DNA of 64,000 nucleotides from an archaeon (lineage in GTDB: Archaea > B1Sed10-29 > WALL01 > JAGHAM01). The notes under the pieces were generated by a model. The model saw only the letters and a list, made by a program, of their open reading frames with translations. It was not told the origin of the DNA and made no database searches. The position numbers were made by a program, and so were the translations under genes. Below are positions 26,545 through 36,400 of the stretch, one piece after another; positions within the stretch are counted from its first letter, which is position 1, and each line of letters begins with the position of its first letter. The DNA lies in assembly GCA_021107635.1 (NCBI GenBank), contig JAIOSL010000038.1, positions 3,512-67,511 of the forward strand, read 5' to 3'.

Positions 26545-28810
26545 TTGCCTTCCTCCTTGATAAAAGCTCTTTCAGTAATTGATTTTCTACCCAATTTGTC
26601 CACTCGTTGTATACTTTGTCGTATACTACGCTTCCATGTTCTCTTCTGCTCTGTTCTTGGAATAATAAATACATGTCATTGGCTCGCACGCTATTCACTG
26701 CTTCCAAAAGTTCTGGAATTTTGTGCGTGTTTTTTAGATCCACCAAGTGTTGTTTGCTTTTGCCTCTGTACGTTATGTCTGTCCAAATAGTATCAATGTC
26801 CATTCCACGCATTTTACGTATTTTTTTAAAGAATTCAGAATCTTCATACAACGTGTTTTTGTGAATAGTATGCTTGTCTTTTGTTGCATCGTAGGTAACA
26901 AGATCAATCAACCCGCCTTCTTTTTGAGGATCTTCATACCAATGCTTTCCTATTTCAGTAATTTCAATAAGCCTTCTCGCACGCCTTATTGAACCTTTGA
27001 AACGAATAGGCGCAGAAGTAACACACATGTCTGTAGCTTTAAATGAAGTGTTTGGCACGCCCAGATCATTCACTACCCTATCCCAAATAGAATAAGCATT
27101 CTCTCCGTGAATAGTACCCATAACAACGTTTCCTACTGCACCAACGCGCATTGCTTCATATAGTACTAAGGCTTCTCTGCTCCTGACTTCACCCATTATG
27201 AGTACGGATTCTCCAAGCCTGAGCGCGGTTCTGAGTGCGTCTTCTGGACTGACTTCTGATGCGACTGCTCCTACTGAGATTGAGGATCTTGTTTTTAGTC
27301 TGCAGATGTTGTAGCCGATTTTGCGCATTTGTTCGACTGGAATTTCTAGTGTGTCTTCTATTGTAATGATTCTTTGTGAGCGTAGGATTTCAAGCATGAG
27401 TGACATCAGCATTGAGGTTTTGCCTGAGCCTCTGCTTCCGACGACTAGCGTGGATGCTTGGGCATCCAAGAGGAATGAGAGTAGTCCTGCTACGTCTGAG
27501 GGAAACATGTTCACGTCTATGAATTGGGGGATAGTCCATGGAGTGGATTTGTGGATTCTTAGAGCAAAACCAATGCCATCCGGTGATAATGGTTTGCCGA
27601 TGGTTGCTGTTCTAGTATGATATTCTTGTAAGTCGAAGTCTATGACTGGATGTGCTTCATCGAATGGCCTGCCGCTCATTGAACGGAACCGGGATACAAT
27701 GCTTTCTGCTTCTTCGTTTGAGAAAATGACGTTGGTTTGACAAGGTCCGTATTCACTGTGTACTATGTACACTGGTTTGTATCCTAGTGGTGCATCTAGG
27801 TATACGTCAGTAAGTTTTTCGTCTGAAAGCAACAAGCCCATGATGCCAAAGCCTATGGTATACCTTACTACAATGCTTGCTAGTGCACTTACTTCTTCTG
27901 GTGAAAGAGCTATCTTGTTTTCTCTTGCTATGTCGTTTATTGTTGTTTCATAGATTTTTTTGAAATATTCTTTGCTTGTAGCTAAATCAGTGAACTCTAG
28001 TCCTTCTGGATGGTATCCGCTTACTATTTCTTTGGTTTTGGACATGAGAAAATAGTGTTCTGGGCTGAGAGCGTACTCTGGCGGATCCAGGTAATACAAG
28101 TATTCTATTTTTTCTGGATGTTTGTAAATGCTTATGTTTGTGTCTTTTACTTTGTACTGGTCAAGCAATTCTATTTCTTTCGGAAGGTCAAAAGAGATTC
28201 TTGAACCGATAAAAGAAGGTTTTAATTGTGCTTCAAACATGCTCCTGTAAAATCCTCTGCCTGGTGGCACTGTCTTAAGTTTACGAATATAGCTTTTTAG
28301 TTCTTGAATTAGTTCGGTAGATTCCAGGTTAGCGCGTAGGAATTCTAGTGTTTGAATGTACTTTTCTGTGCAGTGCTTGTATTCTGGTTGGATTATTCCA
28401 AGCTTGGCTTTTTCTAGTTCAATTGCTTCCAAGCATTTTATGTAAGAGCGTATTGGGTCTGTGCGTAGTAGGTTGCTTGCTATGTCTACTACAATGCCTC
28501 TGCGTTTTGGTAGGAATCTAGAGCATTTTTCTCCGCCTAGTAAGGAGGGTGCCCAGACTGCTGCTGCTTTAAATTTGTTGACTAGGCCTGCAATTTCTTT
28601 TAGCATTAAAGTTTGTTTTTCATCGTATACTCTTTCGTATACGTCAGAAAGAATTATTCGATCTACTTCACCAGTGGTCAGAAATTCTACAACTTGTGCC
28701 ATTCTTTGTGGATAATCTGCTATGCTTGGGCCGTGAGGAGAGTCGCTGCAGTCAATTGTCAAGTATCTTTTTCCGCCCTTGTTGACTACTTTAACTTTGT
28801 CACTAGCCAT
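26522..28810 (-). CDS. FlaI/PilB-type secretion ATPase with long N-terminal extension
   Basis: ATG 28810 (MASDKVKV..; TTG 28825 alt); Walker A GSRGSGKTS (27423-27449), Walker B SVLIMGEVRSREA, His box GNVVMGTIHGENA. Confidence 0.85.
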   Translation of the reverse strand: MASDKVKVVNKGGKRYLTIDCSDSPHGPSIADYPQRMAQVVEFLTTGEVDRIILSDVYERVYDEKQTLMLKEIAGLVNKFKAAAVWAPSLLGGEKCSRFLPKRRGIVVDIASNLLRTDPIRSYIKCLEAIELEKAKLGIIQPEYKHCTEKYIQTLEFLRANLESTELIQELKSYIRKLKTVPPGRGFYRSMFEAQLKPSFIGSRISFDLPKEIELLDQYKVKDTNISIYKHPEKIEYLYYLDPPEYALSPEHYFLMSKTKEIVSGYHPEGLEFTDLATSKEYFKKIYETTINDIARENKIALSPEEVSALASIVVRYTIGFGIMGLLLSDEKLTDVYLDAPLGYKPVYIVHSEYGPCQTNVIFSNEEAESIVSRFRSMSGRPFDEAHPVIDFDLQEYHTRTATIGKPLSPDGIGFALRIHKSTPWTIPQFIDVNMFPSDVAGLLSFLLDAQASTLVVGSRGSGKTSMLMSLMLEILRSQRIITIEDTLEIPVEQMRKIGYNICRLKTRSSISVGAVASEVSPEDALRTALRLGESVLIMGEVRSREALVLYEAMRVGAVGNVVMGTIHGENAYSIWDRVVNDLGVPNTSFKATDMCVTSAPIRFKGSIRRARRLIEITEIGKHWYEDPQKEGGLIDLVTYDATKDKHTIHKNTLYEDSEFFKKIRKMRGMDIDTIWTDITYRGKSKQHLVDLKNTHKIPELLEAVNSVRANDMYLLFQEQSRREHGSVVYDKVYNEWTNWVENQLLKELLSRRKASEEAKQQ

Positions 28811-28854
28811 GAATAAAAAACGCAAGAGTTTTATTTATAGGTGATGGTAGCCTG

Positions 28855-30591
28855 CTAGGAACAAGTAGCACTTCCTGGACTACCACTACAAGTCGTTCCT
28901 TCAACTAGACAAACAGTAGCGTTATAGCAAACGCACTTATCACTTCCGGTGCATGTACTGTCTTCTCCAGTGTTGATTTTTGTATTAAGAACTGCACTTG
29001 GATTAGTGACATCACATCGTGGTATTGAACCACTTGATTCACAGAATGCATATAGTGAACCTTCACAGAGTCCTCCTGGCAAAACAGAACAATCTGTGCA
29101 TGTGTGTGGAACGAATTCAGTTCCACATCCTGTTTCATTTGTGCATCCACACCATTTTCCATTTAGAGTGTCACAATCTGTTTGTTTCTCAAAACAAGAA
29201 CAGCTTGTGGCACAATCAACAAGGCCACCTATAGGAGGATCGCTTGATCTGTTTAATACTTGAGTATTGCCTGTGCCGCATTTTGTTTGAGCTACAGGTT
29301 CTTCACAAACTGCTAGTAAATGCCCTGCAGCGGAATCACAATGACTGAATGTTCCACCGAGAGTACAGCCAGTAGTACAATCGCCGTTTCCAAAAGTTGC
29401 ATCACAATAGCCTCCTTGACCTTCACAGTCTATTGTAGTGTAACAAGTGCAAAGTTCTGTTCCAATGCAACCAAAAACATCATCTCGAGTATCTGGCTTT
29501 GTCTTTAGGACTCCGCTTTCACATTCAGGAAGAGATGCACCAGAATCTGTTTTACACTGTGCACCTTTGCCAACTGTTGCTCCTTTACCAGTTACATCAT
29601 ATGCATAGTAATCACTACAAGCTATATCTGGAGTACAGTTAAATGAGAAGCCTGCTGCACATTCGGGCTTCAAATCATCAAGCACAAATTTAAGAGGACG
29701 CCGTTTCAGTTCAACCTTAAAACCGGAAAGTTGGTCTTCACAACAAAGATCCATCCCATCACTCAAATCGTTTCTGCAAGTAGGTTTATGGAATAGATTA
29801 GAACCACATTTAGTTGTGTCAGTAGAAACCCAAGTATCAACAAGCAGGTCAATATCATCACAATCATTTCTAGTATCCTCACAACAATGAAACTGTCCAT
29901 CTGTACACTTCTGATTATCAGCAAGATCATACCAATAAACATCAGCCCATTCGTAACGATAACATCCGCCTCCACACCATGCCCGATTCCATTTCATATA
30001 TGCTTTGAATTTTTCAATATAAACTTCAACACCATCAGGCAATGATGCAGTAAATAAGATATAATTACCACCACACCAAGCCCAACTTTGGTCAGTCATA
30101 CTTCCAGTAATACTCATACTCATAAGATCTTTTGAAGTATCTGGTTGTATTGTTCCCACTGTACTGGAAAGTTCATATGGATTGCCTAAAGCGTCTTCTA
30201 CTTCAACTACAATATGCCAAGGAGGATCTCTGCCAGTAACCATTGTTTGAACGTTCTCAACTAAGAATAGACCGTCCTCATCCAAAGTTGTTACTGTTTC
30301 AGTTCCCTCTATAGTAACTATGACTGTAGCTCCATTAATGATTCCAACTCCTTCTCTTCCATCAATTAAATCAGGATCACACACAAAACCAAGCACATCA
30401 AAATGCGTGAAATCAATATCTCTTATTGCAATATTTACTTTAGGACCTGCAGTATCCTTAGCAATATAAACAGTAATATTGGCTTGTCCTTCCTCATCAC
30501 CATCTGCAGCTGAAACTAAAGGACTGTCACCTAAAAAAAGCATTCCTGCTACAACCAACAAAACCAAAAAAGCAACGAACCACGCTCTCAT
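28855..30591 (-). CDS. Cysteine-rich secreted protein (578 aa), unknown
   Basis: ATG 30591 gives signal peptide MRAWFVAFLVLLVVAGMLFLGDSPLVSA-ADG; C-terminal two thirds packed with Cys (..CCEDTRNDCDD.., ..CTCYTTIDCEGQGGYCD..); first gene of the minus-strand block. Confidence 0.75.
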   Translation of the reverse strand: MRAWFVAFLVLLVVAGMLFLGDSPLVSAADGDEEGQANITVYIAKDTAGPKVNIAIRDIDFTHFDVLGFVCDPDLIDGREGVGIINGATVIVTIEGTETVTTLDEDGLFLVENVQTMVTGRDPPWHIVVEVEDALGNPYELSSTVGTIQPDTSKDLMSMSITGSMTDQSWAWCGGNYILFTASLPDGVEVYIEKFKAYMKWNRAWCGGGCYRYEWADVYWYDLADNQKCTDGQFHCCEDTRNDCDDIDLLVDTWVSTDTTKCGSNLFHKPTCRNDLSDGMDLCCEDQLSGFKVELKRRPLKFVLDDLKPECAAGFSFNCTPDIACSDYYAYDVTGKGATVGKGAQCKTDSGASLPECESGVLKTKPDTRDDVFGCIGTELCTCYTTIDCEGQGGYCDATFGNGDCTTGCTLGGTFSHCDSAAGHLLAVCEEPVAQTKCGTGNTQVLNRSSDPPIGGLVDCATSCSCFEKQTDCDTLNGKWCGCTNETGCGTEFVPHTCTDCSVLPGGLCEGSLYAFCESSGSIPRCDVTNPSAVLNTKINTGEDSTCTGSDKCVCYNATVCLVEGTTCSGSPGSATCS

Positions 30592-30614
30592 GACATAGCT
30601 ATAATCAAATCTTC

Positions 30615-30623
30615 TATAAAAAA
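30615..30623 (-). promoter_or_regulatory. TATA-box-like element in divergent intergenic region
   Basis: Plus TATAAAAAA = minus TTTTTTATA, ~24-27 nt upstream of ATG 30591 (leaderless spacing); a second TATA-like GTTAAATAT (30638-30646) faces the plus-strand gene. Confidence 0.35.
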
Positions 30624-30655
30624 CCGACCCTGGAAAGGTTAAATATGATTCATGC

Positions 30656-31180
30656 ATGAAGAAAAAAACAATGCAATCCAATAACCTAACCAAAGCAGTA
30701 AAATTCACACCCACTTTGATGATAGTTGGAATCATAACATACCTAGCATTTTCACTCGTAATGACTTCATTGCAATCATTCACAGCATTGACTTCAAGCT
30801 TAATTCTTTTCTTGTTTGGAATAAACTCAATAGTGATTGGTACTGCACTAACAGGGATTTTTTCAATGCCAGTAGAAGTAGCTCCTCTATGCGTTGGAGA
30901 CTTGGAAATAGCGGTGCTGGTTGGTGCTATTGCTGCAACAGAAGACAGAACTCACAGAGAACGCTTACTAGGAATAATAAGTGGAATTGCCTTTGTGCTT
31001 TTTTTGAATCCAATAAGGATAGCAATGACCATTGCAGCAGGAGTATGGTGGGGTTTTCAAACAATGGATTTTATTCATTCAATCTTGTTCAGAATAACTC
31101 TTGTGACAGTAATCATTGGCTTTTATGTTCTCTGGTACTTAGGCTGGCCATCAATAAAGCGTAAGCTTAAAAAGCATTAA
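30656..31180 (+). CDS. Exosortase/archaeosortase-family protein, short form (candidate)
   Basis: 174 aa, ~5 TM; PLC79VGD, then ~39 aa, then LNPIR121I, then DFIH141S reproduces the Cys / N-x-x-R / His order and spacing of the exosortase-archaeosortase core; ATG 30671 is an alt start. Confidence 0.5.
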   Translation: MKKKTMQSNNLTKAVKFTPTLMIVGIITYLAFSLVMTSLQSFTALTSSLILFLFGINSIVIGTALTGIFSMPVEVAPLCVGDLEIAVLVGAIAATEDRTHRERLLGIISGIAFVLFLNPIRIAMTIAAGVWWGFQTMDFIHSILFRITLVTVIIGFYVLWYLGWPSIKRKLKKH

Positions 31181-31196
31181 GTGATTATTAGAACCC

Positions 31197-33428
31197 ATGA
31201 AACGGGGGTTTAGTATATTTACTCCGATGGTGGGGACTATTTTAATCACTATTGCACTTCTTATTGTAGCATCCATACTACAAAGTGAAAGATTTGCTGT
31301 TGCTGGAACACTACAAAGCTACCAAAGCATCAAAATAGCAAATGTGATGAGAGAAGCCAAAAGCAGAATAGAAGAAGAACTTAGAACTAGCGTATTCGAA
31401 AAAGCGATGACTTCAAGAGTATGGATTAACAACTGTTATGAAGATGGAATAGTAACTGATTATTATGCTGGAACAAAATGCGAAAGGGTTATGACCGATG
31501 GAGCACTCACAGAACTAGAAACAAAAATAGCAGATTTATTGACCAAAGAAACCATGACGTCAGTGACAAACAGGTTTGAAACCGCCTACAAGTCAGAAGA
31601 CATAACACTTGAATTCAATCCTGAATTAGAAACAGGAGGAAAATATGAGGGAAATCTTTCAAAAATTTTGGTGAAACCAATAGAATTTCCGCCAGAACTT
31701 AAGGGAAGAGCTAGAATAACCCTTAATTTTAGCAAACTAGTTGACAAGGATACAGGAGAACGAATCGCCATTGCAACACTAAAAACAGAAACCATCTCAA
31801 TGAAAATATACTTAGACCCAACAGTAAAAGTGTTTGAAAGTCCCGACCCTATCAACAGTTATTCAAAAGAACTTGGAAAAGCATTCCAAGGATTCACACT
31901 AATGAACAAAGACTGGCATGAAGTTGGAGACTTAACAATGGCAGAGTACACTGGCAGTTATGGGAAGATAACTGCAGGTGTGAGCGCCCATGGAGATGGA
32001 AGCAAATGGTATCACTATGCGTATGCACTTCAAGCAAGACAGCCCAAAAAGAATAATGATGGAAGAGGACCTGGATATATCACAACAGGCTGGCAAAAAG
32101 GAACTGAGTGGGAAGAAGGACATGGATTTAGATATACCAACAACATCAAAGAACCAATAGTAATCCATGATAAAATAAGCAACCTCATGAGCAAAATAAA
32201 ATCAACCGCGATTACGCCGTTTATTGGAGACACTAGCACACCAATAGATTCTACATGTCAAATAGACATAATGAAAAAATCCGAGATGACAAAACTAAGC
32301 AAATATTTATACCAAGACCAGATATCTGGAGCTAATCCCAAAAAGGTAGAAGAATACTTTGTGGCAGGATACCTAAAACATGAAAATGATGAATTATATT
32401 TAATGAACAGCTATTACCCTACAAAAAAATTCATTGAAGATGTATATACTAAGTATACTGGAAATTGTGACGCAAATAGCGTAGCAGATCCTAACAATTA
32501 TGACATTATTCCTGGTGGACATATAACCCCAACTGCTAGTCCAGTAGACAATTGGCTCCCAACAGGAAAACCATGTGCAGATGGTACTTTAGGCGCATCC
32601 AATGCAAATGATGCTACCTTTGAAGACTGGGCACTTTACTTAAGAAACAGAGATCCTACAGATGGGGGAGCTAAAGATTTGACGGTTGTAAACACAATAG
32701 AAAAATACGATGACAAGTACGTTCCAACTGGTCTTAAAAAAACAGTAGATGACATTACAAATCACATTAAAAGCACCACAGAAGTCAAAGCAGCCATGGG
32801 TTATGGAACAGCAGATACAGTCAAATATAAAATAAATGTAACAAGCTATCAATTCTATGCAATAAACACAAACATAACTGGAGGAAACAATTGGCAATGC
32901 GGAGAATTCATGGCATATTACGTTCCACAATTTTCATTTACAGGAGTAACCTGCGCGAGTGATTTAGTAAACTACATTGGAGGGCTAACTAGTGAAAAAG
33001 ATGCGTTCTTCCTCTCACTACCATTGAATTACACATGTCCAACATTCACAATGGTAGCTGTGAAAGAAGAAATGGACCTTTTCAGAAACAACAAAACCCA
33101 TCCTGGAGAAATAATACATCCAGTTTATCATGTTACATTTACCAGAAGAAAAGCAGATTATAGTAAGGGACCTGCAGAAAATAACGTGCCAACAACAGAA
33201 TTATGGGAAGGCAGCCAACTAGACAAAACAGATGACGCATTCGCAGACAGATTCTTCCAACAAACTGAAACACTCCTAACAAATGACGTCAACAACAACT
33301 ACCGAACTAATATGACTGTAAGAAAATGCATTTACACCTATGAAACAGGGCAACCAGGAGCAGAAATATTTGGTGGGAGCTGTACTTGGCTGGCAAACAA
33401 TCCAGAAAGCTCAGAGTACATAAAATAA
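31197..33428 (+). CDS. Very large pilin-like protein (743 aa)
   Basis: MKRG-FSIFTPMVGTILITIALLIVASIL class III signal-like N-terminus followed by a ~700-aa hydrophilic domain. Confidence 0.5.
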   Translation: MKRGFSIFTPMVGTILITIALLIVASILQSERFAVAGTLQSYQSIKIANVMREAKSRIEEELRTSVFEKAMTSRVWINNCYEDGIVTDYYAGTKCERVMTDGALTELETKIADLLTKETMTSVTNRFETAYKSEDITLEFNPELETGGKYEGNLSKILVKPIEFPPELKGRARITLNFSKLVDKDTGERIAIATLKTETISMKIYLDPTVKVFESPDPINSYSKELGKAFQGFTLMNKDWHEVGDLTMAEYTGSYGKITAGVSAHGDGSKWYHYAYALQARQPKKNNDGRGPGYITTGWQKGTEWEEGHGFRYTNNIKEPIVIHDKISNLMSKIKSTAITPFIGDTSTPIDSTCQIDIMKKSEMTKLSKYLYQDQISGANPKKVEEYFVAGYLKHENDELYLMNSYYPTKKFIEDVYTKYTGNCDANSVADPNNYDIIPGGHITPTASPVDNWLPTGKPCADGTLGASNANDATFEDWALYLRNRDPTDGGAKDLTVVNTIEKYDDKYVPTGLKKTVDDITNHIKSTTEVKAAMGYGTADTVKYKINVTSYQFYAINTNITGGNNWQCGEFMAYYVPQFSFTGVTCASDLVNYIGGLTSEKDAFFLSLPLNYTCPTFTMVAVKEEMDLFRNNKTHPGEIIHPVYHVTFTRRKADYSKGPAENNVPTTELWEGSQLDKTDDAFADRFFQQTETLLTNDVNNNYRTNMTVRKCIYTYETGQPGAEIFGGSCTWLANNPESSEYIK

Positions 33429-33469
33429 TATTCAACACTTAATATAATACTATATAGAGGGGATTAAAA

Positions 33470-36400
33470 ATGGGACTTGACGAAACATACGCAAAACTTG
33501 AAGACAAATACTACGCGTTCTTAGACGGACTCGAAAAGAAAGGCATACCAATATACAGCATAGTTGACCCAATCGAGCACGCAGGCATACCATCACTTCC
33601 ACTGTTTGTGGGATTGGTAATACTTCTAATAGGACTAGCATGGTATTACATGATGCCATCAGTTGGAGGAATGCAAGACGTAACCTTTGTAATAACCTCA
33701 CAAGCTGACGGAAAATTCCTGGACGGAGCAACAATAACAGCTAAACTTGAAGGAAACGAAATAGCAACAGCAACAACCATTCAAGGTCAAGCCACACTCA
33801 GAAACGTTCCCTCAGATTCAGAAATAGACTTAATAATAAACAAGCCCGGCTGCACAGAATATCGAACAACAGTAACCCCCTCTCTAAAAAATGAACTTAA
33901 AATCAGCATGCAGTGCGGAGGCGGAGGAGGTCTAGAAGGATGTCTTGAAATCTCAAGCGACATGGAACAAACATTCCTAAAAGACGAAAACGGCAACCCT
34001 CCAGAATCATGCGAAATAAGAATCTATGACCCAATAGATCCACTTACCACAATAAACCATGGATGGCTAATCGTAGATGGTGCTCTTTATGTAGACGATA
34101 TAACAGAAGCCACATGCCCCTCAAACATCAACGCACACAAAGTTGAAATCACATGCAAAAACAGCAAATATGAAAGCACAGTATCCGCACTTTTAGATAA
34201 AATAAAAACAGAAAACGAACTCATACTAGAAACAATATCCATTGAACCAACACAACAAAATGCCACCTCAGACGTGCTAAGAGAAATAATCGTACACATA
34301 GAATCAATGGACGGCAATCCACTAGAAGGCATTATAGTAAAAGCAGTAAACGCAGAAGCCGAACCAATAACAAGCGAATTCAGCAACGTTATTCTAGAAT
34401 ACACAACAGGAAGCACAGGCAACACCCAACTAATAATCCCAGATGGACAAGCTTTTTACATTGCAGTAGAAGATCCAAAAGGAGTCTACAGAAACAAAGT
34501 TGGAGAAACCGAATATATTGCAAGCCTTGAGATGATAACCAGAGAAATCAACCTTCAAATGTCAAAAGGAGCAGGCACAATAGTCACAGTCAAAGAAAGC
34601 GGAACCCAAGACCCAATAACCAGTGCAATGGTAACAATCATCGACTCCAGCGGAAAACATGCAGGATTCCCACAAAGAACAAACTCAAAAGGAGAAGCCA
34701 GCTTTGTCCTATACAAAGGCAAAGAGTATAGCCTAGAAGTAAGACATGCAATGTACGAACCGATTAACCAAACCGTTACCGGAGGAACAGATATCACAGT
34801 ATTCCTAGAAACAGTAGACCCAACAAAAACAGGAAGCCTAGCAATTAAAACCATTAAAGCACACGGAGCAAAAGACAGGCTAGGAGGAGTAAGAATCAAA
34901 CTAATCAAAAATGGAAAAACATACACTGAAACAACAACAAGCTCTTCCGGGGAAGCCTACTTAACAGGCATACTCGCAGGAAGTTACACTCTCAAACTTT
35001 TGCCGCCAGGAGCAACAAACTATCAAGAAGGACCCACAGTAGACATTCAACCACAAAACACAACAGAAATAACCATTGAAGTCATACCAGAACAGATAAC
35101 CCTGGAACTAACAACACTAGTAAGAATAAACGGAAAAGACATCCCAAAGAAAAACGTTGAAGTACAACTATGGGACGCATACTACGAAGAACGAATAGAA
35201 ACCAAAACCTCAGGAATAGAACGCAAAGTTACATTCCAAATAGACAAATGCACAGAAGTATACTTTGTTCTAGCATACACAGAAACAGAAGAACCAAACG
35301 CAGGCAAAAAATACGGTCCACTAACAAGCACCCCAGAAGAATACTGCACAAACAAAGAAATCAAAGACCTAATCCTCAAAGAAAAACCAGACCAAACAGA
35401 ACTAAACCTAGACATATTCACACAAACAGGAGAAATAGAAGAAGAACTAATCCCAGGAACACACTATAACGCAAAACTTTCAGTTGCACTACCAGAATAC
35501 ACTCCAAACGTAATATACAAACAAATAACAGTAGAACTCTTTGTAGGCAATGACGGATACCTAGCAAGAACAGACCAAACACCACTAGTAATAGAAGACA
35601 TAGACCTAACAGACATATCCGTACAAGACCCATACATCACATCCCTACACACAGCAGATGAATACCACTATGGAGAACCAACACCACCAGAAAACGAAGA
35701 AGGAAACAGCAAATACCTAAAAGTAACCATTGGCAAATACACTCCAGGAACATACGAACTAAGCATACCCATTTATGTAAGAAGCCTAGCAGAACAAGGA
35801 AACACAATAATCAGCTACCGAGCAACCTGGATGAAACCAGACGGAGGACTAGTCTACTCACAAAGCGGAAACTGGGACGAAAAAAACATAACAATACTAC
35901 CCCCAAGCAGCTCAAACTACCACGAACTAGAAACAGGCTCCTTTTATGCATACAAAGCATGGCTCACAGCAACCAAAAGCCCAGAACCAATCCTGAACAC
36001 ATCAATAACAAAAAACGCATACTTCTACCTACACATCGACGCAATAACAAGAGACGACATCGCAGCATGGGAAGTACCACTCACAACAATACCAGACATA
36101 GCAGAAATGATAACATATGACGGAACAGTATACAGAGCAAGCGGAATGACCACAGAAATAGCCGCAACCAACATCACAGGCGACACACTAACCAACGACA
36201 ACAATATCTACAACCTCGAAAAAGACGACAAAGTAAGCCTTACAATAACACTAAAAGCAATAGGACCAGGAAAAGCATCCCTGATAACATTCAACGACAT
36301 AAGACACACACTCAGCTTCGCAGTCTCAGAAATACCAGCACTACAAAAAGAAACACTCATATCCGGAATCACAGCAACACTACAAGCACAAGCACACTTC

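Noticed and set aside
30592-30783. 64-codon N-terminal extension of the Cys-rich protein, overlapping the divergent archaeosortase-like gene.
   Set aside because: The internal ATG 30591 gives a textbook signal peptide and sits 24-27 nt from a TATA-like box. The extension would run through the divergent promoter and the neighbouring gene.
30656-31180. Possibility that the 174-aa membrane protein is the missing A24 prepilin peptidase (its VGD resembles the GxGD motif).
   Set aside because: There are no acidic residues at all in the first ~70 residues, where the first catalytic Asp should lie. The Cys / N-x-x-R / His spacing fits exosortase/archaeosortase better.
35170-35469. Plus-strand alternate-frame ORFs rich in R/N/T/K inside the giant genes (also 36754-37062, 37396-37584, 44840-45202, 45329-45550, 45668-45967).
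   Set aside because: They are frame-shifted readings of A-rich coding sequence (AGA/AAC/ACA codons). They are embedded in 7-9-kb ORFs that are clearly the real genes.
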